This document shows, piece by piece, positions 1 to 9,208 of a DNA stretch of 42,914 nucleotides. Origin of the DNA: an uncultured Muribaculaceae bacterium (GTDB lineage: Bacteria > Bacillota_I > Bacilli_A > RF39 > UBA660); contig CAZFGE010000001.1 of NCBI GenBank assembly GCA_964518415.1, positions 1 through 42,914 on the forward strand, written 5' to 3'. The stretch's first letter is position 1; the number at the start of each line of letters is the position of its first letter. The notes under the pieces are model-generated. The model had not been told where the DNA came from, made no database searches, and was given only the letters and a program-made list of their open reading frames with translations. The position numbers and the translations under genes were made by a program.

Positions 1-37
1 GAAAATAGGAAGTTGCCAATTCTTTTTTTTGTTTATT

Positions 38-67
38 AAAAGCACTTATTTTTTAAGTGCTTTTTTT
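38..67 (+). terminator. Rho-independent terminator of an off-window upstream gene
   Basis: Stem agcactta (41-48) / taagtgct (54-61), 5-nt loop, T-run 62-67. Confidence 0.6.
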
Positions 68-142
68 ATATATTACCTACAAATACTAATTTACATATTA
101 ATGTTTAAATTATCATATAAGGAACCTTTTTAGGCTATTATA

Positions 143-172
143 TTGAATTTATAAGGTGTTTTTTGTTATAAT
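143..172 (+). promoter_or_regulatory. Sigma-A-type promoter of the tsaE operon
   Basis: TTGAAT (143-148), 18-nt spacer, TG-extended TATAAT (TG 164-165, hexamer 167-172). Confidence 0.5.
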
Positions 173-188
173 TAATTAGGTGATTAAA

Positions 189-638
189 ATGGAATATAAA
201 ATAATTACAAAAGACGAATTTGAGACACTTGAACTTGCTCAAAACTTTGAAGCTGAAAAATTTCCAAATATGATACTATGCTTAGATGGTGAACTTGGAA
301 GTGGAAAAACTATGTTTACAAAAGGTATTGCGAATGCACTTGGTATAACTGAGCCAATTACATCTCCAACATTTACTATCATTAAGGAATATGAAGGTGA
401 ACTTCCTTTATATCATATGGATGTATATCGCCTAGATGGTATGATTGATGGAGTTGGAATTGAGGATTATTTCACTAAAGGTGGAGTCGTAGTTATTGAA
501 TGGGCTAGTACTATTGAAGATATTTTACCAGAGGAGAGACTTGATATTAAATTTAAAGTAGTTGATGAAAATAAACGTTCAATTACATTTATTCCACATG
601 GTAAAAAATATGAAGATTTATGTGAGGCAGTATTATGA
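189..638 (+). CDS. tsaE: tRNA t6A37 biosynthesis ATPase TsaE (YjeE)
   Basis: P-loop GELGSGKT and TsaE-typical size. First gene of the conserved tsaE-tsaB-rimI-tsaD block. The AGGTGA RBS at 177-182 favours ATG 189 over the GTG 180 of the ORF track. Confidence 0.85.
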   Translation: MEYKIITKDEFETLELAQNFEAEKFPNMILCLDGELGSGKTMFTKGIANALGITEPITSPTFTIIKEYEGELPLYHMDVYRLDGMIDGVGIEDYFTKGGVVVIEWASTIEDILPEERLDIKFKVVDENKRSITFIPHGKKYEDLCEAVL

Positions 639-1264
639 TTTCATTATTTTTAGATACAACTACATCTAGACTAATTGTAGGTATTTATAAAGATAAACAA
701 GAATTATATTTTGATGATAGTGAAGCTCATAATGACTTATCTAGCAGGGTATTACCTAAAATAAAAGAAGCTCTTGATTCTGTTTCCTTAACTGTTAATG
801 ACATTGATGATATATATGTAGTAAATGGTCCAGGATCATTCACTGGTATTAGAGTAGGTGTGACAATAGCTAAAACTCTTGCATGGTCAATAAATAAGCC
901 TATTTATACTGTATCTGAACTTGCAGTAATAGCTAGTGGTTCTAAAACGCGCTATACTATTCCTTTAATCGACGCAAGAAGAGGATATGTATATGCTGGA
1001 ATATATAACAAGAACTTAAAATCCCAAATAGATGATCAATATATTCTTTTAGATGATTTAAAAAAACTTGTTAAGAAAGAATACAAAAAAGAAGATATAT
1101 CATTTGTATCATATGACAAATTAGAAGGTGTTGAAAAACCTGTAATTGATGTAGAAAAAATACTAAATAAATGTAAATTTGAAGAGATTAATCCACATTT
1201 AGTTAATCCAAATTATTTAAAGAAAACAGAAGCGGAAGAAAAGTTAAATGATAAGAAAGCCTAA
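635..1264 (+). CDS. tsaB: tRNA t6A37 biosynthesis protein TsaB (YeaZ)
   Basis: GPGSFTGIRVG motif. 4-nt overlap with tsaE. Conserved operon context. Confidence 0.85.
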   Translation: MISLFLDTTTSRLIVGIYKDKQELYFDDSEAHNDLSSRVLPKIKEALDSVSLTVNDIDDIYVVNGPGSFTGIRVGVTIAKTLAWSINKPIYTVSELAVIASGSKTRYTIPLIDARRGYVYAGIYNKNLKSQIDDQYILLDDLKKLVKKEYKKEDISFVSYDKLEGVEKPVIDVEKILNKCKFEEINPHLVNPNYLKKTEAEEKLNDKKA

Positions 1265-1649
1265 TAGTGATGAATTAAAGTATCTTTATGAATTAGTTGA
1301 AAGTGAATTTAGTGTTAAATATAGCGATAATGTTTATACAAATTGGCTTATTTATGAGACTGATGATAAAATAGTTGGTTTTTTGAATTATGATTCCATT
1401 TATGATAAAGCTGAGATTGAATATATTTATGTAGATCCTTTATATAGAAATAAAAATATAGCAACTAATCTTTTAAATGAAATGATTAGATTGTTAAATG
1501 AATCTAATATAAACAGTATTACACTTGAAGTTAGAAGTGATAATACATCAGCAATTAAATTTTATGAAAAAAATAATTTTAAAAATGCTGCAATCCGTAA
1601 AAATTATTATGGTGCAGTAGATGCAATATTGATGATTAGAAGTTGGTGA
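1248..1649 (+). CDS. rimI: Ribosomal-protein-alanine N-acetyltransferase (GNAT)
   Basis: GNAT-type core ([18 protein letters not shown]...[21 protein letters not shown]). Canonical position between tsaB and tsaD. Confidence 0.75.
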   Translation: MIRKPNSDELKYLYELVESEFSVKYSDNVYTNWLIYETDDKIVGFLNYDSIYDKAEIEYIYVDPLYRNKNIATNLLNEMIRLLNESNINSITLEVRSDNTSAIKFYEKNNFKNAAIRKNYYGAVDAILMIRSW

Positions 1650-1653
1650 TAAA

Positions 1654-2658
1654 ATGAAAGATACTTATATACTTGCGATTGAATCTAGTTGTGATGAGAC
1701 TAGTGTTGCAATTATTAAAAATGGTCATGAAAAATTATCATGTGTTGTATCAACTCAAATAGATACACATAAATTATATGGAGGAGTTGTTCCTGAAATA
1801 GCAAGCCGTCAACACGTTGAAAATATAACTATTGTAATTGAACAAGCATTAGATGAAGCACATATGAAAATGGAAGATGTAGATGCTATTGCTGTTACTT
1901 ATGGACCAGGTTTAATAGGATCACTACTTGTTGGAGTAGAAGCTGCTAAAACACTTTCTTTCGTATATAATAAACCACTTATTCCAGTTCATCATATAGC
2001 AGGACATATATATGCTAATAACTTAGAACGTTCAATGGAATTTCCTTTAATGGCACTTGTTGTAAGTGGTGGACATACTGAACTTGTTTATATGAAGGAA
2101 GATTATAGTTTTGAGAAGATTGGTGGAACTCTTGATGATGCTGTAGGAGAGGCATATGATAAAGTAGCTCGTGTACTTAAATTAGAGTATCCAGGAGGAC
2201 CTAAGGTTGATAAACTTGCTCATGAGGGTAATGATACATATGATCTACCTCTACCACTTGATGATGATACTTATAACTTCTCATTTAGTGGACTTAAAAG
2301 TGCAGTAATAAATTTAAATCATAATGAAAAACAAAAGAAACATGAAATAAGAAAAGAAGATTTAGCTTGTTCTTATCAAAATAGAGTAGTTAAAATATTA
2401 ACTAAAAAAACTCTAAGAGCTATGAAGGAGTATGGTGTTAATAACTTAATTATTGCAGGTGGCGTATCTGCTAATAAAGGAATAAGAGATGAATTTACTA
2501 GGTTAGCTAGTGAAAAGGGATTTAACTTAACTATTCCTAAAATGGAATTTTGTACAGATAATGCTGCAATGATAGGAGCTGCTGGATATTATGCATATAA
2601 ATTAGGTAGAAGAGCTGACTTAGATTTAAATGCAAAAGCAACAGATAAATTAAACTAA
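1654..2658 (+). CDS. tsaD: tRNA N6-adenosine threonylcarbamoyltransferase TsaD (Gcp/Kae1)
   Basis: HHIAGHI metal-binding motif, SCDETS N-terminus, GGVSAN and DNAAMIG motifs, 334 aa. Confidence 0.95.
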   Translation: MKDTYILAIESSCDETSVAIIKNGHEKLSCVVSTQIDTHKLYGGVVPEIASRQHVENITIVIEQALDEAHMKMEDVDAIAVTYGPGLIGSLLVGVEAAKTLSFVYNKPLIPVHHIAGHIYANNLERSMEFPLMALVVSGGHTELVYMKEDYSFEKIGGTLDDAVGEAYDKVARVLKLEYPGGPKVDKLAHEGNDTYDLPLPLDDDTYNFSFSGLKSAVINLNHNEKQKKHEIRKEDLACSYQNRVVKILTKKTLRAMKEYGVNNLIIAGGVSANKGIRDEFTRLASEKGFNLTIPKMEFCTDNAAMIGAAGYYAYKLGRRADLDLNAKATDKLN

Positions 2659-2663
2659 AAAAA

Positions 2664-2690
2664 CTAACTATGTTCTAGTTAGTTTTTTTT
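2664..2690. terminator. Hairpin between convergent tsaD and the ABC permease (bidirectional terminator candidate)
   Basis: Stem ctaacta (2664-2670) / tagttag (2676-2682), followed by a T-run. Overlaps the stop codon of the minus-strand permease. Confidence 0.5.
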
Positions 2691-3462
2691 CTATATAAAG
2701 AACTATATAATACATTATAGCTGCAACAATAGATAATACAATAATACCAGTCATGACTAAATTTAAATTAAAGATTTGAGAGCCATATAAAATTAAATAT
2801 CCAATTCCTTTTTTAGAAACTAAGAATTCACCCATAATAACTCCTATTAATGACATGCTTATATTTATTTTTAAACTACTTATTATACTCTTAAGTGAAT
2901 CAGGTAATATTAGTTTAAAGAATAATTGTCTTTTAGATGCCTTTAAAGATTTAAATAGTTTTATCTTATTTGAGTCTACTTCTTTGAATGCTGATGTAAT
3001 ATTTATAATTGTTATAATTACAGAGATAAGTAAAGCCATTAAAATAATAGATTTCATTCCAGAACCACACCATATTATAATAATAGGTCCAAGGGCAACT
3101 TTAGGAAGACTATTTAAAATAGTTAAATATGGATCAAATATTTTATATAAGTAAGTATTCCACCATAGAATTGCAGCTATAAAAAGACCAATTATAGTAC
3201 CTAGAGAAAAGCTAAATAAAGTTTCATAAACAGTTATAAATATATGTTCAAATAAATCCTCATGACTTAAAGTTATAAGTGTATTTATAATGTTTTTAGG
3301 ACTTGATGTTATAAAAGTATTAATAAGTCTTAAATCAGCAGATAACTGCCATATAAAGATAAATAAAAGAATAATAATAATTTGAAAAAATCTAATTGTT
3401 AAATTCTTTTTTCTTTCTTTTTTTAAGTAGTTAATATGTTCTTTACTATACATTTTGATCAA
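2668..3462 (-). CDS. ABC transporter permease, NitT/TauT (SsuC/TauC-like) family
   Basis: 264 aa with about 6 predicted TM helices and a BPD-type permease layout. Overlaps the upstream ATPase fragment by 17 nt. Confidence 0.8.
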   Translation of the reverse strand: MIKMYSKEHINYLKKERKKNLTIRFFQIIIILLFIFIWQLSADLRLINTFITSSPKNIINTLITLSHEDLFEHIFITVYETLFSFSLGTIIGLFIAAILWWNTYLYKIFDPYLTILNSLPKVALGPIIIIWCGSGMKSIILMALLISVIITIINITSAFKEVDSNKIKLFKSLKASKRQLFFKLILPDSLKSIISSLKINISMSLIGVIMGEFLVSKKGIGYLILYGSQIFNLNLVMTGIIVLSIVAAIMYYIVLYIEKKLTRT

Positions 3463-3781
3463 TATCCTTCCATATCATGTCATAGTACTCTAAAAACTCT
3501 TTTGTTTTTCTATTATTAATTGGAGTTGACTTACCAGTTAGTTTTATATCATATATTTTTTTAATTTTACTTGGTCTATTAGACATAACAATTACTCTAT
3601 CTGACATACTAATTGCCTCAGCTAAATCATGAGTAACCATAATCGCACTTTTTTTCTCGCGTTTAAGTATTTTATAAACATCATCAGAAACTTTAAGCCT
3701 TGTTTGATAATCAAGAGCGCTAAAAGGTTCATCTAAAAGCAAAATATCAGGCTTTATTGCGAGTGTCCTAATTAAAGCAAC
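3446..3781 (-). pseudogene. ABC transporter ATP-binding protein, C-terminal fragment (gene split by the inserted element)
   Basis: The minus frame reads VALIRTLAIKPDILLLDEPFSALD (Walker B) ... VTHDLAEA (H-loop). Walker A, Q-loop and signature motif are absent here and lie at 10747-11163. The M at 3742 in the ORF track is an internal TTG Leu codon. Confidence 0.9.
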
Positions 3782-3784
3782 TGT

Positions 3785-3806
3785 TTGAATAATTTATAGA
3801 CATTTT
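3785..3806. repeat. Left terminal inverted repeat (attP-derived arm in attL)
   Basis: ttgaataatttatagacatttt is the exact reverse complement of 10729-10750. Confidence 0.9.
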
Positions 3807-3858
3807 TTGCGTAAAGCAAATAAAAAATATTATTTTGTTAACTCAAAGTAAAAAATAG

Positions 3859-3867
3859 TGATATAAT
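3859..3867 (+). promoter_or_regulatory. Extended -10 promoter element for the element cargo operon
   Basis: TGaTATAAT at 3859-3867. The only TTG-type -35 candidate (TTGTTA, 3835-3840) is 21 nt away, so the promoter would rely on the extended -10. Confidence 0.35.
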
Positions 3868-3921
3868 GTAATTGTAGTATAGTCTAGACAGAATAGAATG
3901 GATTATTTAAACTACAATTAC
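3868..3921 (+). promoter_or_regulatory. Leader stem-loop upstream of the first cargo gene
   Basis: gtaattgtagt (3868-3878) pairs perfectly with actacaattac (3911-3921), an 11-bp stem with a 32-nt loop. It lies just upstream of the GGGAGG RBS. Confidence 0.3.
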
Positions 3922-3942
3922 AATATGTAGGGAGGTGAAGAC

Positions 3943-4599
3943 ATGAACAGAGGTAGAGGAAGAAGTAAAAGAGATGTCTTAACAATCATAGCTATTGTAG
4001 TTGGCTTTGTTGTTGTTGCACTTTCATATGCAACATTATCTAATACTCTTTCAATTTCATTTTCATCTGCAGTAAAACCTGATAGTTCTTCATTTAGTGT
4101 AGTACTATCTTCTAGCTCAACTTCAGTTGTAAATAATCCTGTTGTACCAGAATTAAATAAAACTGTAGCTGATTTTACTGCAACAGATGGAACTATTGAC
4201 AATAGTACTGATGCACCAAAACTTGAAAATATGCATGTTACTTTTACTGAACCTGGTCAATCAGTAACATACAAAGTATATGCACATAATACTGGAAAAT
4301 ATTTAGCTTATTTAAATAGTATTAATTTTTCTGGAAGTAAAACTTGTACTGCAAAAACTGGTACAAGTGAAACAATGGTAGCAGCTGCTTGTGATGGAAT
4401 TACTTATAGCGTTAAAGTAGGTGATGAAACAGCCACTAATACTTCAGTAACTGATATATCAGGACATGAACTTGGTAAAGAAGCTAATGAAGAAATTACT
4501 ATTGTAATTACTTATGAAACCGGTAGTGAACTTGCTGATGGTGACTTTGATGTAACATTACCAAGCGTAACACTAAATTATGATTCAGTTGATTTATAA
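3943..4599 (+). CDS. Secreted or surface protein with a basic N-terminus and single hydrophobic anchor (candidate SipW-type substrate, TasA/camelysin-like architecture)
   Basis: N-terminus MNRGRGRSKRD followed by TM helix and SYATLS motif, then a Ser/Thr-rich beta-rich domain. Strong RBS GGGAGGTGA. Immediately upstream of a SipW-like peptidase gene. Confidence 0.5.
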   Translation: MNRGRGRSKRDVLTIIAIVVGFVVVALSYATLSNTLSISFSSAVKPDSSSFSVVLSSSSTSVVNNPVVPELNKTVADFTATDGTIDNSTDAPKLENMHVTFTEPGQSVTYKVYAHNTGKYLAYLNSINFSGSKTCTAKTGTSETMVAAACDGITYSVKVGDETATNTSVTDISGHELGKEANEEITIVITYETGSELADGDFDVTLPSVTLNYDSVDL

Positions 4600-4617
4600 G
4601 ATTTAGGAGGATAAAAA

Positions 4618-5736
4618 ATGAAAATAAAAAATAAAGAATTTATTATTTTTACAATATTTTTGATAATTATTTTATCTATAAATATGATGATGACTCATTT
4701 TTTCTCCACCCATCTTATTGCTACTTTTTTAATTTTAACAATTATATTTTTTAAATATTATTTTATATTTGAAAAAAACTATGTTAAATATGAAGGAAAT
4801 GTAATCTTTGAAACAATTGTCTTTGTATCATCATTTTTTATTGTATATTATTTATTAGGATTAATAGTAGGTTTAACTAAAACAGGAAATTATTTTAACT
4901 TTTATAATTTAACATTTAGAATTGTTCCGGCTATTATTTATATAATACTAAGAGAAATTTTAAGATATAATATGATGAGAAAATGTGGTAAAAGTAAATT
5001 GTGTATGTTTTTGACTGTATTTTTATTTGTATTAATGGATTTATCATTCTATATTGCAAATATAGGTTTATATTCAAAACAGGATGTAATTAGATATTTA
5101 ACATTTACACTTATTCCAATTATATCTAAGAATTTAGCATTTTCATTTGTTATAAGGGATTGTGGTTATAAGCCAATTATTATATTTGATTTAATATTTA
5201 AACTATATCCATATATAATTCCTTATGTTCCAAATCCAAATGAATTTATGTCATCAATGATAAATATGATTACACCTATACTTTTTGCATTTAGAATTGA
5301 AAACTTTTATGTAATGAAAAATGAATATATTGAACATGGAGTTTATTTTAAAAGAAAAATAAATGATTATTTTGTTCCTGTTACATTAACAATAGTACTT
5401 GCCTATTTATTTAGTGGCTACTTTAGATATTATGCAGTTGTAGTTGCTAGTGAAAGCATGTTACCTTCACTTGAAGTTGGAGATTTAGTTGTACTTGATC
5501 AAAATAGTAGTACATATAAACGAGGTGACATAATTGCCTATAAAAAAAATAATAAAATAATTATTCATAGAATAAATAAAATTGTTGATATAGATGGTGA
5601 TGAGTACTATTATACAAAAGGTGATAGTAATAAAAGTATTGATGAATTCGTTGTTGAAAATGAAATGATTATAGGAAAAGTAAAATTTAAACTATCACAT
5701 ATTGGTTATCCTGCTGTATGGTTAAGTAGGAAGTAA
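4618..5736 (+). CDS. Signal peptidase I, SipW/archaeal-eukaryotic (S26B) type, fused to an N-terminal polytopic membrane domain of about 270 aa
   Basis: The C-terminal 100 aa carry SESMLPSL (Ser nucleophile box), GDIIAY, IIHRI (His box) and YTKGDSN. The N-terminal part has about 7-8 hydrophobic helices. AGGAGG RBS. Confidence 0.7.
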   Translation: MKIKNKEFIIFTIFLIIILSINMMMTHFFSTHLIATFLILTIIFFKYYFIFEKNYVKYEGNVIFETIVFVSSFFIVYYLLGLIVGLTKTGNYFNFYNLTFRIVPAIIYIILREILRYNMMRKCGKSKLCMFLTVFLFVLMDLSFYIANIGLYSKQDVIRYLTFTLIPIISKNLAFSFVIRDCGYKPIIIFDLIFKLYPYIIPYVPNPNEFMSSMINMITPILFAFRIENFYVMKNEYIEHGVYFKRKINDYFVPVTLTIVLAYLFSGYFRYYAVVVASESMLPSLEVGDLVVLDQNSSTYKRGDIIAYKKNNKIIIHRINKIVDIDGDEYYYTKGDSNKSIDEFVVENEMIIGKVKFKLSHIGYPAVWLSRK

Positions 5737-5751
5737 AGGAGTATGAATTGT

Positions 5752-6852
5752 ATGGATATAAAAGGATTTACACATAACTTGAATAATAAAATAAATAAAA
5801 AGAAAAATTTTGGATATTATGCTAAAATAGTTTCATTTTTATTAATTATAGTTATATTGATTATTGGTTTAAGTATTTTTCTTTCAATGTCATTTGCTGT
5901 TACAAAGAAAGATACAATTAAATATAGTGAAAAAGGTACAGTAGACTATAAAGTTTACTTAAAAGATAATACTTTTTATGAAACAAGCTATTTGGAAAAA
6001 GGAATGGCATATGTTGCTAGCTTAGTTGATAAAATAAGTATTGATTATCACTACTTATTTAATATTAGTAGAAAAGAAGATTTAAATTTTAATTATAAAA
6101 TTATTGGTAAACTGGTAATAAAAAGTCAAAATGACGAAACATCTTTTTATGAGAAAGAATATGATTTAACTGACTCAATTGAAAGAGATGTAGAAAAAGC
6201 CAAAAAATATGCAATAGATGAAAATATTATAATTGATTATAATTATTATAATGATTTATCAAGTAAGTTTAGAGCTAACTATGCAATAAACACAATAAGT
6301 TATTTGGAAGTTTATTTAGAGGTTAATGCTAAAACAAATAAAAGTTTAGGATATAAAGTTGATCACAAAAGTAAATCAATTGTTACAATTCCTCTTTCTA
6401 AACAAGAAGTAAATGTTACAGTAGACAATAAAGAAGCAAATAGTCAAAAAGAAATTAATATTGAGTCAAGATTAATACTTAAAAATAAATATTTCTTATT
6501 AGAGAGTTTTATCTTATTTGTATTTTTATGTTTTACATTATTTGAGTTATATAAAACATTACTAGGACATAATAAACGTAATAATACATATAATAAATAC
6601 ATAAGCAAAATATTAAGAGCATATGATAGAATAATTGTTGATGTTAAAGAACTTCCTGATTTAGAAAAATATGATATTATTGAAGTTAAGAATTTTGATG
6701 AGTTATTAGATTTAAGTGACAATCTTAAAAAACCAATTAGTTATTTAGAAGAAAAAGATATATGTAGTAAGTTCTTTGTAATTGATGGTAATGTTTTCTA
6801 TATTTGTGTAATAAGAGAATCTGAATTGGATGGTTCTAATAATGAAATTTAA
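5752..6852 (+). CDS. Bitopic membrane protein of unknown function (architecture resembles DUF5305-type partners of SipW loci)
   Basis: TM helix near residue 30, an extracytoplasmic domain of about 200 aa, a second TM (YFLLESFILFVFLCFTLF), then a cytoplasmic tail. ATG 5752 has better RBS spacing (AAGGAG 5736-5741) than ATG 5743 of the ORF track. Confidence 0.4.
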   Translation: MDIKGFTHNLNNKINKKKNFGYYAKIVSFLLIIVILIIGLSIFLSMSFAVTKKDTIKYSEKGTVDYKVYLKDNTFYETSYLEKGMAYVASLVDKISIDYHYLFNISRKEDLNFNYKIIGKLVIKSQNDETSFYEKEYDLTDSIERDVEKAKKYAIDENIIIDYNYYNDLSSKFRANYAINTISYLEVYLEVNAKTNKSLGYKVDHKSKSIVTIPLSKQEVNVTVDNKEANSQKEINIESRLILKNKYFLLESFILFVFLCFTLFELYKTLLGHNKRNNTYNKYISKILRAYDRIIVDVKELPDLEKYDIIEVKNFDELLDLSDNLKKPISYLEEKDICSKFFVIDGNVFYICVIRESELDGSNNEI

Positions 6853-9061
6853 AAAAAGAAAACAAAGAAAAAATATTACATATAATACAATTGTCATTGT
6901 ACTTACATTTATCATGTGTTTCTTATCAGTTGGTTATTGTGCTATGTCATCTGTTGATGTATTTGAAAGTCCTACAGTACTTGTATCTCCAAAAGCAGAT
7001 GTAAGAATTACTAATTTGGAATTATCAAGTACAAGTAATGGTGGAATAAGTAAGTCAGAAGATTACAACGTTGATAGAATAAATGGTTTAATTGATTTAC
7101 CTAATATAGATTCTACTGTTACATATAAAGTAGATATTACTGTATTTTTATCAAGTGAAATGCAACTTGATAATATTACAGGATTAAACCCTAATTTAAC
7201 ATATGAATTAGTTGATTATAATTTAGGTGAAGTACTTTGTAATACAAACAATGAATGTAATTTAGGGGCAGTTAAGGAGTTATATTTAGTTATTAAATAT
7301 AAAGATGGTTCATATGATAGTTCACATACTGAATATCCTTTTGAACTAAATTTTGAATTTAATCCAATAAATAAAGCTGCTAAAATAGATTATACATATT
7401 ATAATACTATTCAAGAAGCAATTGATAATGTTGAGGCTAATGGAGTTGAAAAAACAATATTTGTCTTACGTGAGAGACAAGAACTCTTAAAAATAAATTC
7501 TAATCAAAAAATTAAATTGAACTTTCAGGGTTATAAAGTAACTAATATTACAGAAAGACCAATAATAGAAAATTATGGTTTATTAACAATTCAAAATGCC
7601 AATTTATTATGCGATTCAACACAAGGTGCAATTAATAATTATAGTGGAGCAGAACTTAAAATATTTGATGGTAAAGTAATTGCAACAGGTGAGAAGCAAT
7701 CAATATATATAAAAGGTGGAAATGCAGAATTAGGTGGTAGTTTATATGTAAAAAACTCTAGTTCTATTAGAGCTTCTGTTCATAATGAAGGTGGATATTT
7801 AACAATATTAGGTGGAACATATATATCAGAGAACTATTCGGGTATATATAATAAAGGAACTTTAACAATTGGTACAAAAGATGGTAGTGTTAATATATCA
7901 AGTCCATTAATAATTGGTGATACATTTGGTTTAGAGACTACAAAAAATATTTCTTTTTATGATGGAGTTATAAAAGGAAAAACCGATTCAGTAAATGTTA
8001 AATCTAGACTATATAATTTGGAAGATGATTATAGTCCTTTATATGAGACAGAATTAATTGATGAGGTATTATATCATACTGTAATTCTTGATAAAGCAAA
8101 AATTGTTACATTTAATCCAAATGAAGGAACTGTTAATGAAACAACAAGACAGTATGAAAAAAATTCTTTACTTGGAGTTCTTCCTGTTCCGACAAAAGAT
8201 GATTATACATTTATTGGATGGTATACTCGCTTACATGGAGGAGAAAAAGTTGGTTTAGATACAGTTGTAACAGATAATATGGAATTATTTGCTCATTGGA
8301 AAAAGACAAGTACTATTAAAATTGCTCAAATTGAAGAAACAGGTAATAAGTATCATACATTACAAGATGCTATTGATGCAGCAAGTCCTTTTACAACAAC
8401 AGAAATAACCATTCTTCAAGATACATATGAAAATGTTATTGTAGATAGTAATAAAATTATAACATTTAAATTTGGTGATTATACATTATCAAGTATTGAT
8501 AATAGAGCTGTTATAACTAACTATGGAAAAGTAACTATGATAAGTGGTAGATTAACAACTCTATCTGAAAATAATGCTGCAGTAAATAATGAAGAAGGTG
8601 AATTTATAATATCTGGTGGATCTATTGTTGCAGCAGGTCAAAGACAAGCTATATATAATAATGGTGGTACGTTAACTATCACTGGAACAGCTTATTTAAA
8701 TAACTCTTCATCAGTAAGAGCTGCAGTACAAAATCAAAATACTAATAATAAAATAGGTAAAACATATATTACCGGTGGAACAATTGTATCTTTAAAACAA
8801 GAGGCAGTTAAAAATTTATCAGGAGAGTTATATATAGGTATTAAAAATGGAACAATTGACATAACAACTCCTATATTAAAAGGAGAAACATATGGTGTTA
8901 ATAATGCAAGTCAATTTAGTTTTTATGATGGTACAATAAAAGGTTTAATTCATACTGTAAATGGTAATGTAACATCAATAGAAGATAATGCAACTACTAT
9001 ATATACAACGGAAGTAATAAATAATAAAGAATATCGTGTAATATATTTAAAACAAGAGTAA
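6842..9061 (+). CDS. Large surface protein: N-terminal anchor, two beta-helix-like modules of about 220 aa, and one Listeria-Bacteroides (Flg_new) repeat
   Basis: Anchor KFKKRKQRK followed by TM and GYCAMS. Internal duplication between aa ~183-400 and ~497-715; both modules start with [TL]QEAID/QDAID and end with FYDGxIKG. FNPNEGTV...YTFIGWYT...FAHW matches the Flg_new repeat. The track start 6830 is an in-frame alternative. Confidence 0.6.
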   Translation: MKFKKRKQRKNITYNTIVIVLTFIMCFLSVGYCAMSSVDVFESPTVLVSPKADVRITNLELSSTSNGGISKSEDYNVDRINGLIDLPNIDSTVTYKVDITVFLSSEMQLDNITGLNPNLTYELVDYNLGEVLCNTNNECNLGAVKELYLVIKYKDGSYDSSHTEYPFELNFEFNPINKAAKIDYTYYNTIQEAIDNVEANGVEKTIFVLRERQELLKINSNQKIKLNFQGYKVTNITERPIIENYGLLTIQNANLLCDSTQGAINNYSGAELKIFDGKVIATGEKQSIYIKGGNAELGGSLYVKNSSSIRASVHNEGGYLTILGGTYISENYSGIYNKGTLTIGTKDGSVNISSPLIIGDTFGLETTKNISFYDGVIKGKTDSVNVKSRLYNLEDDYSPLYETELIDEVLYHTVILDKAKIVTFNPNEGTVNETTRQYEKNSLLGVLPVPTKDDYTFIGWYTRLHGGEKVGLDTVVTDNMELFAHWKKTSTIKIAQIEETGNKYHTLQDAIDAASPFTTTEITILQDTYENVIVDSNKIITFKFGDYTLSSIDNRAVITNYGKVTMISGRLTTLSENNAAVNNEEGEFIISGGSIVAAGQRQAIYNNGGTLTITGTAYLNNSSSVRAAVQNQNTNNKIGKTYITGGTIVSLKQEAVKNLSGELYIGIKNGTIDITTPILKGETYGVNNASQFSFYDGTIKGLIHTVNGNVTSIEDNATTIYTTEVINNKEYRVIYLKQE

Positions 9062-9078
9062 AAAAACTCTTGTTTTTT
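9051..9078 (+). terminator. Rho-independent terminator after the surface-protein gene
   Basis: Stem aacaagag (9051-9058) / ctcttgtt (9067-9074), then a T-run. Confidence 0.6.
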
Positions 9079-9208
9079 CATATTTTTAATTAGGGTGATT
9101 AAATGAAATATAATATTATAAATGTTATACCTGAAATATCTAATCAGGATATAAAAAAAATAGTAAATATAAAACTGATAAATTATATATTATTTATGGA
9201 GCAAAATA

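Noticed and set aside
2855-3154. A 99-aa plus-strand ORF inside the permease gene.
   Set aside because: It is antisense to a well-supported membrane permease and has no RBS. Such ORFs are typical AT-rich antisense artefacts.
3446-3742. The 98-aa ORF from the track, read as an independent small protein.
   Set aside because: Its apparent start is an internal TTG Leu codon. The frame stays open up to 3793 and continues the ATPase sequence (VALIRTLAIKPDI) that matches the end of 10747-11163. It is therefore a gene fragment.
3918-4202. A 94-aa minus-strand ORF overlapping the first cargo gene.
   Set aside because: It is antisense to a gene with a strong RBS and a signal anchor, and has no independent support.
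6444-6722. A 92-aa minus-strand ORF.
   Set aside because: It is antisense within the 5752-6852 CDS.
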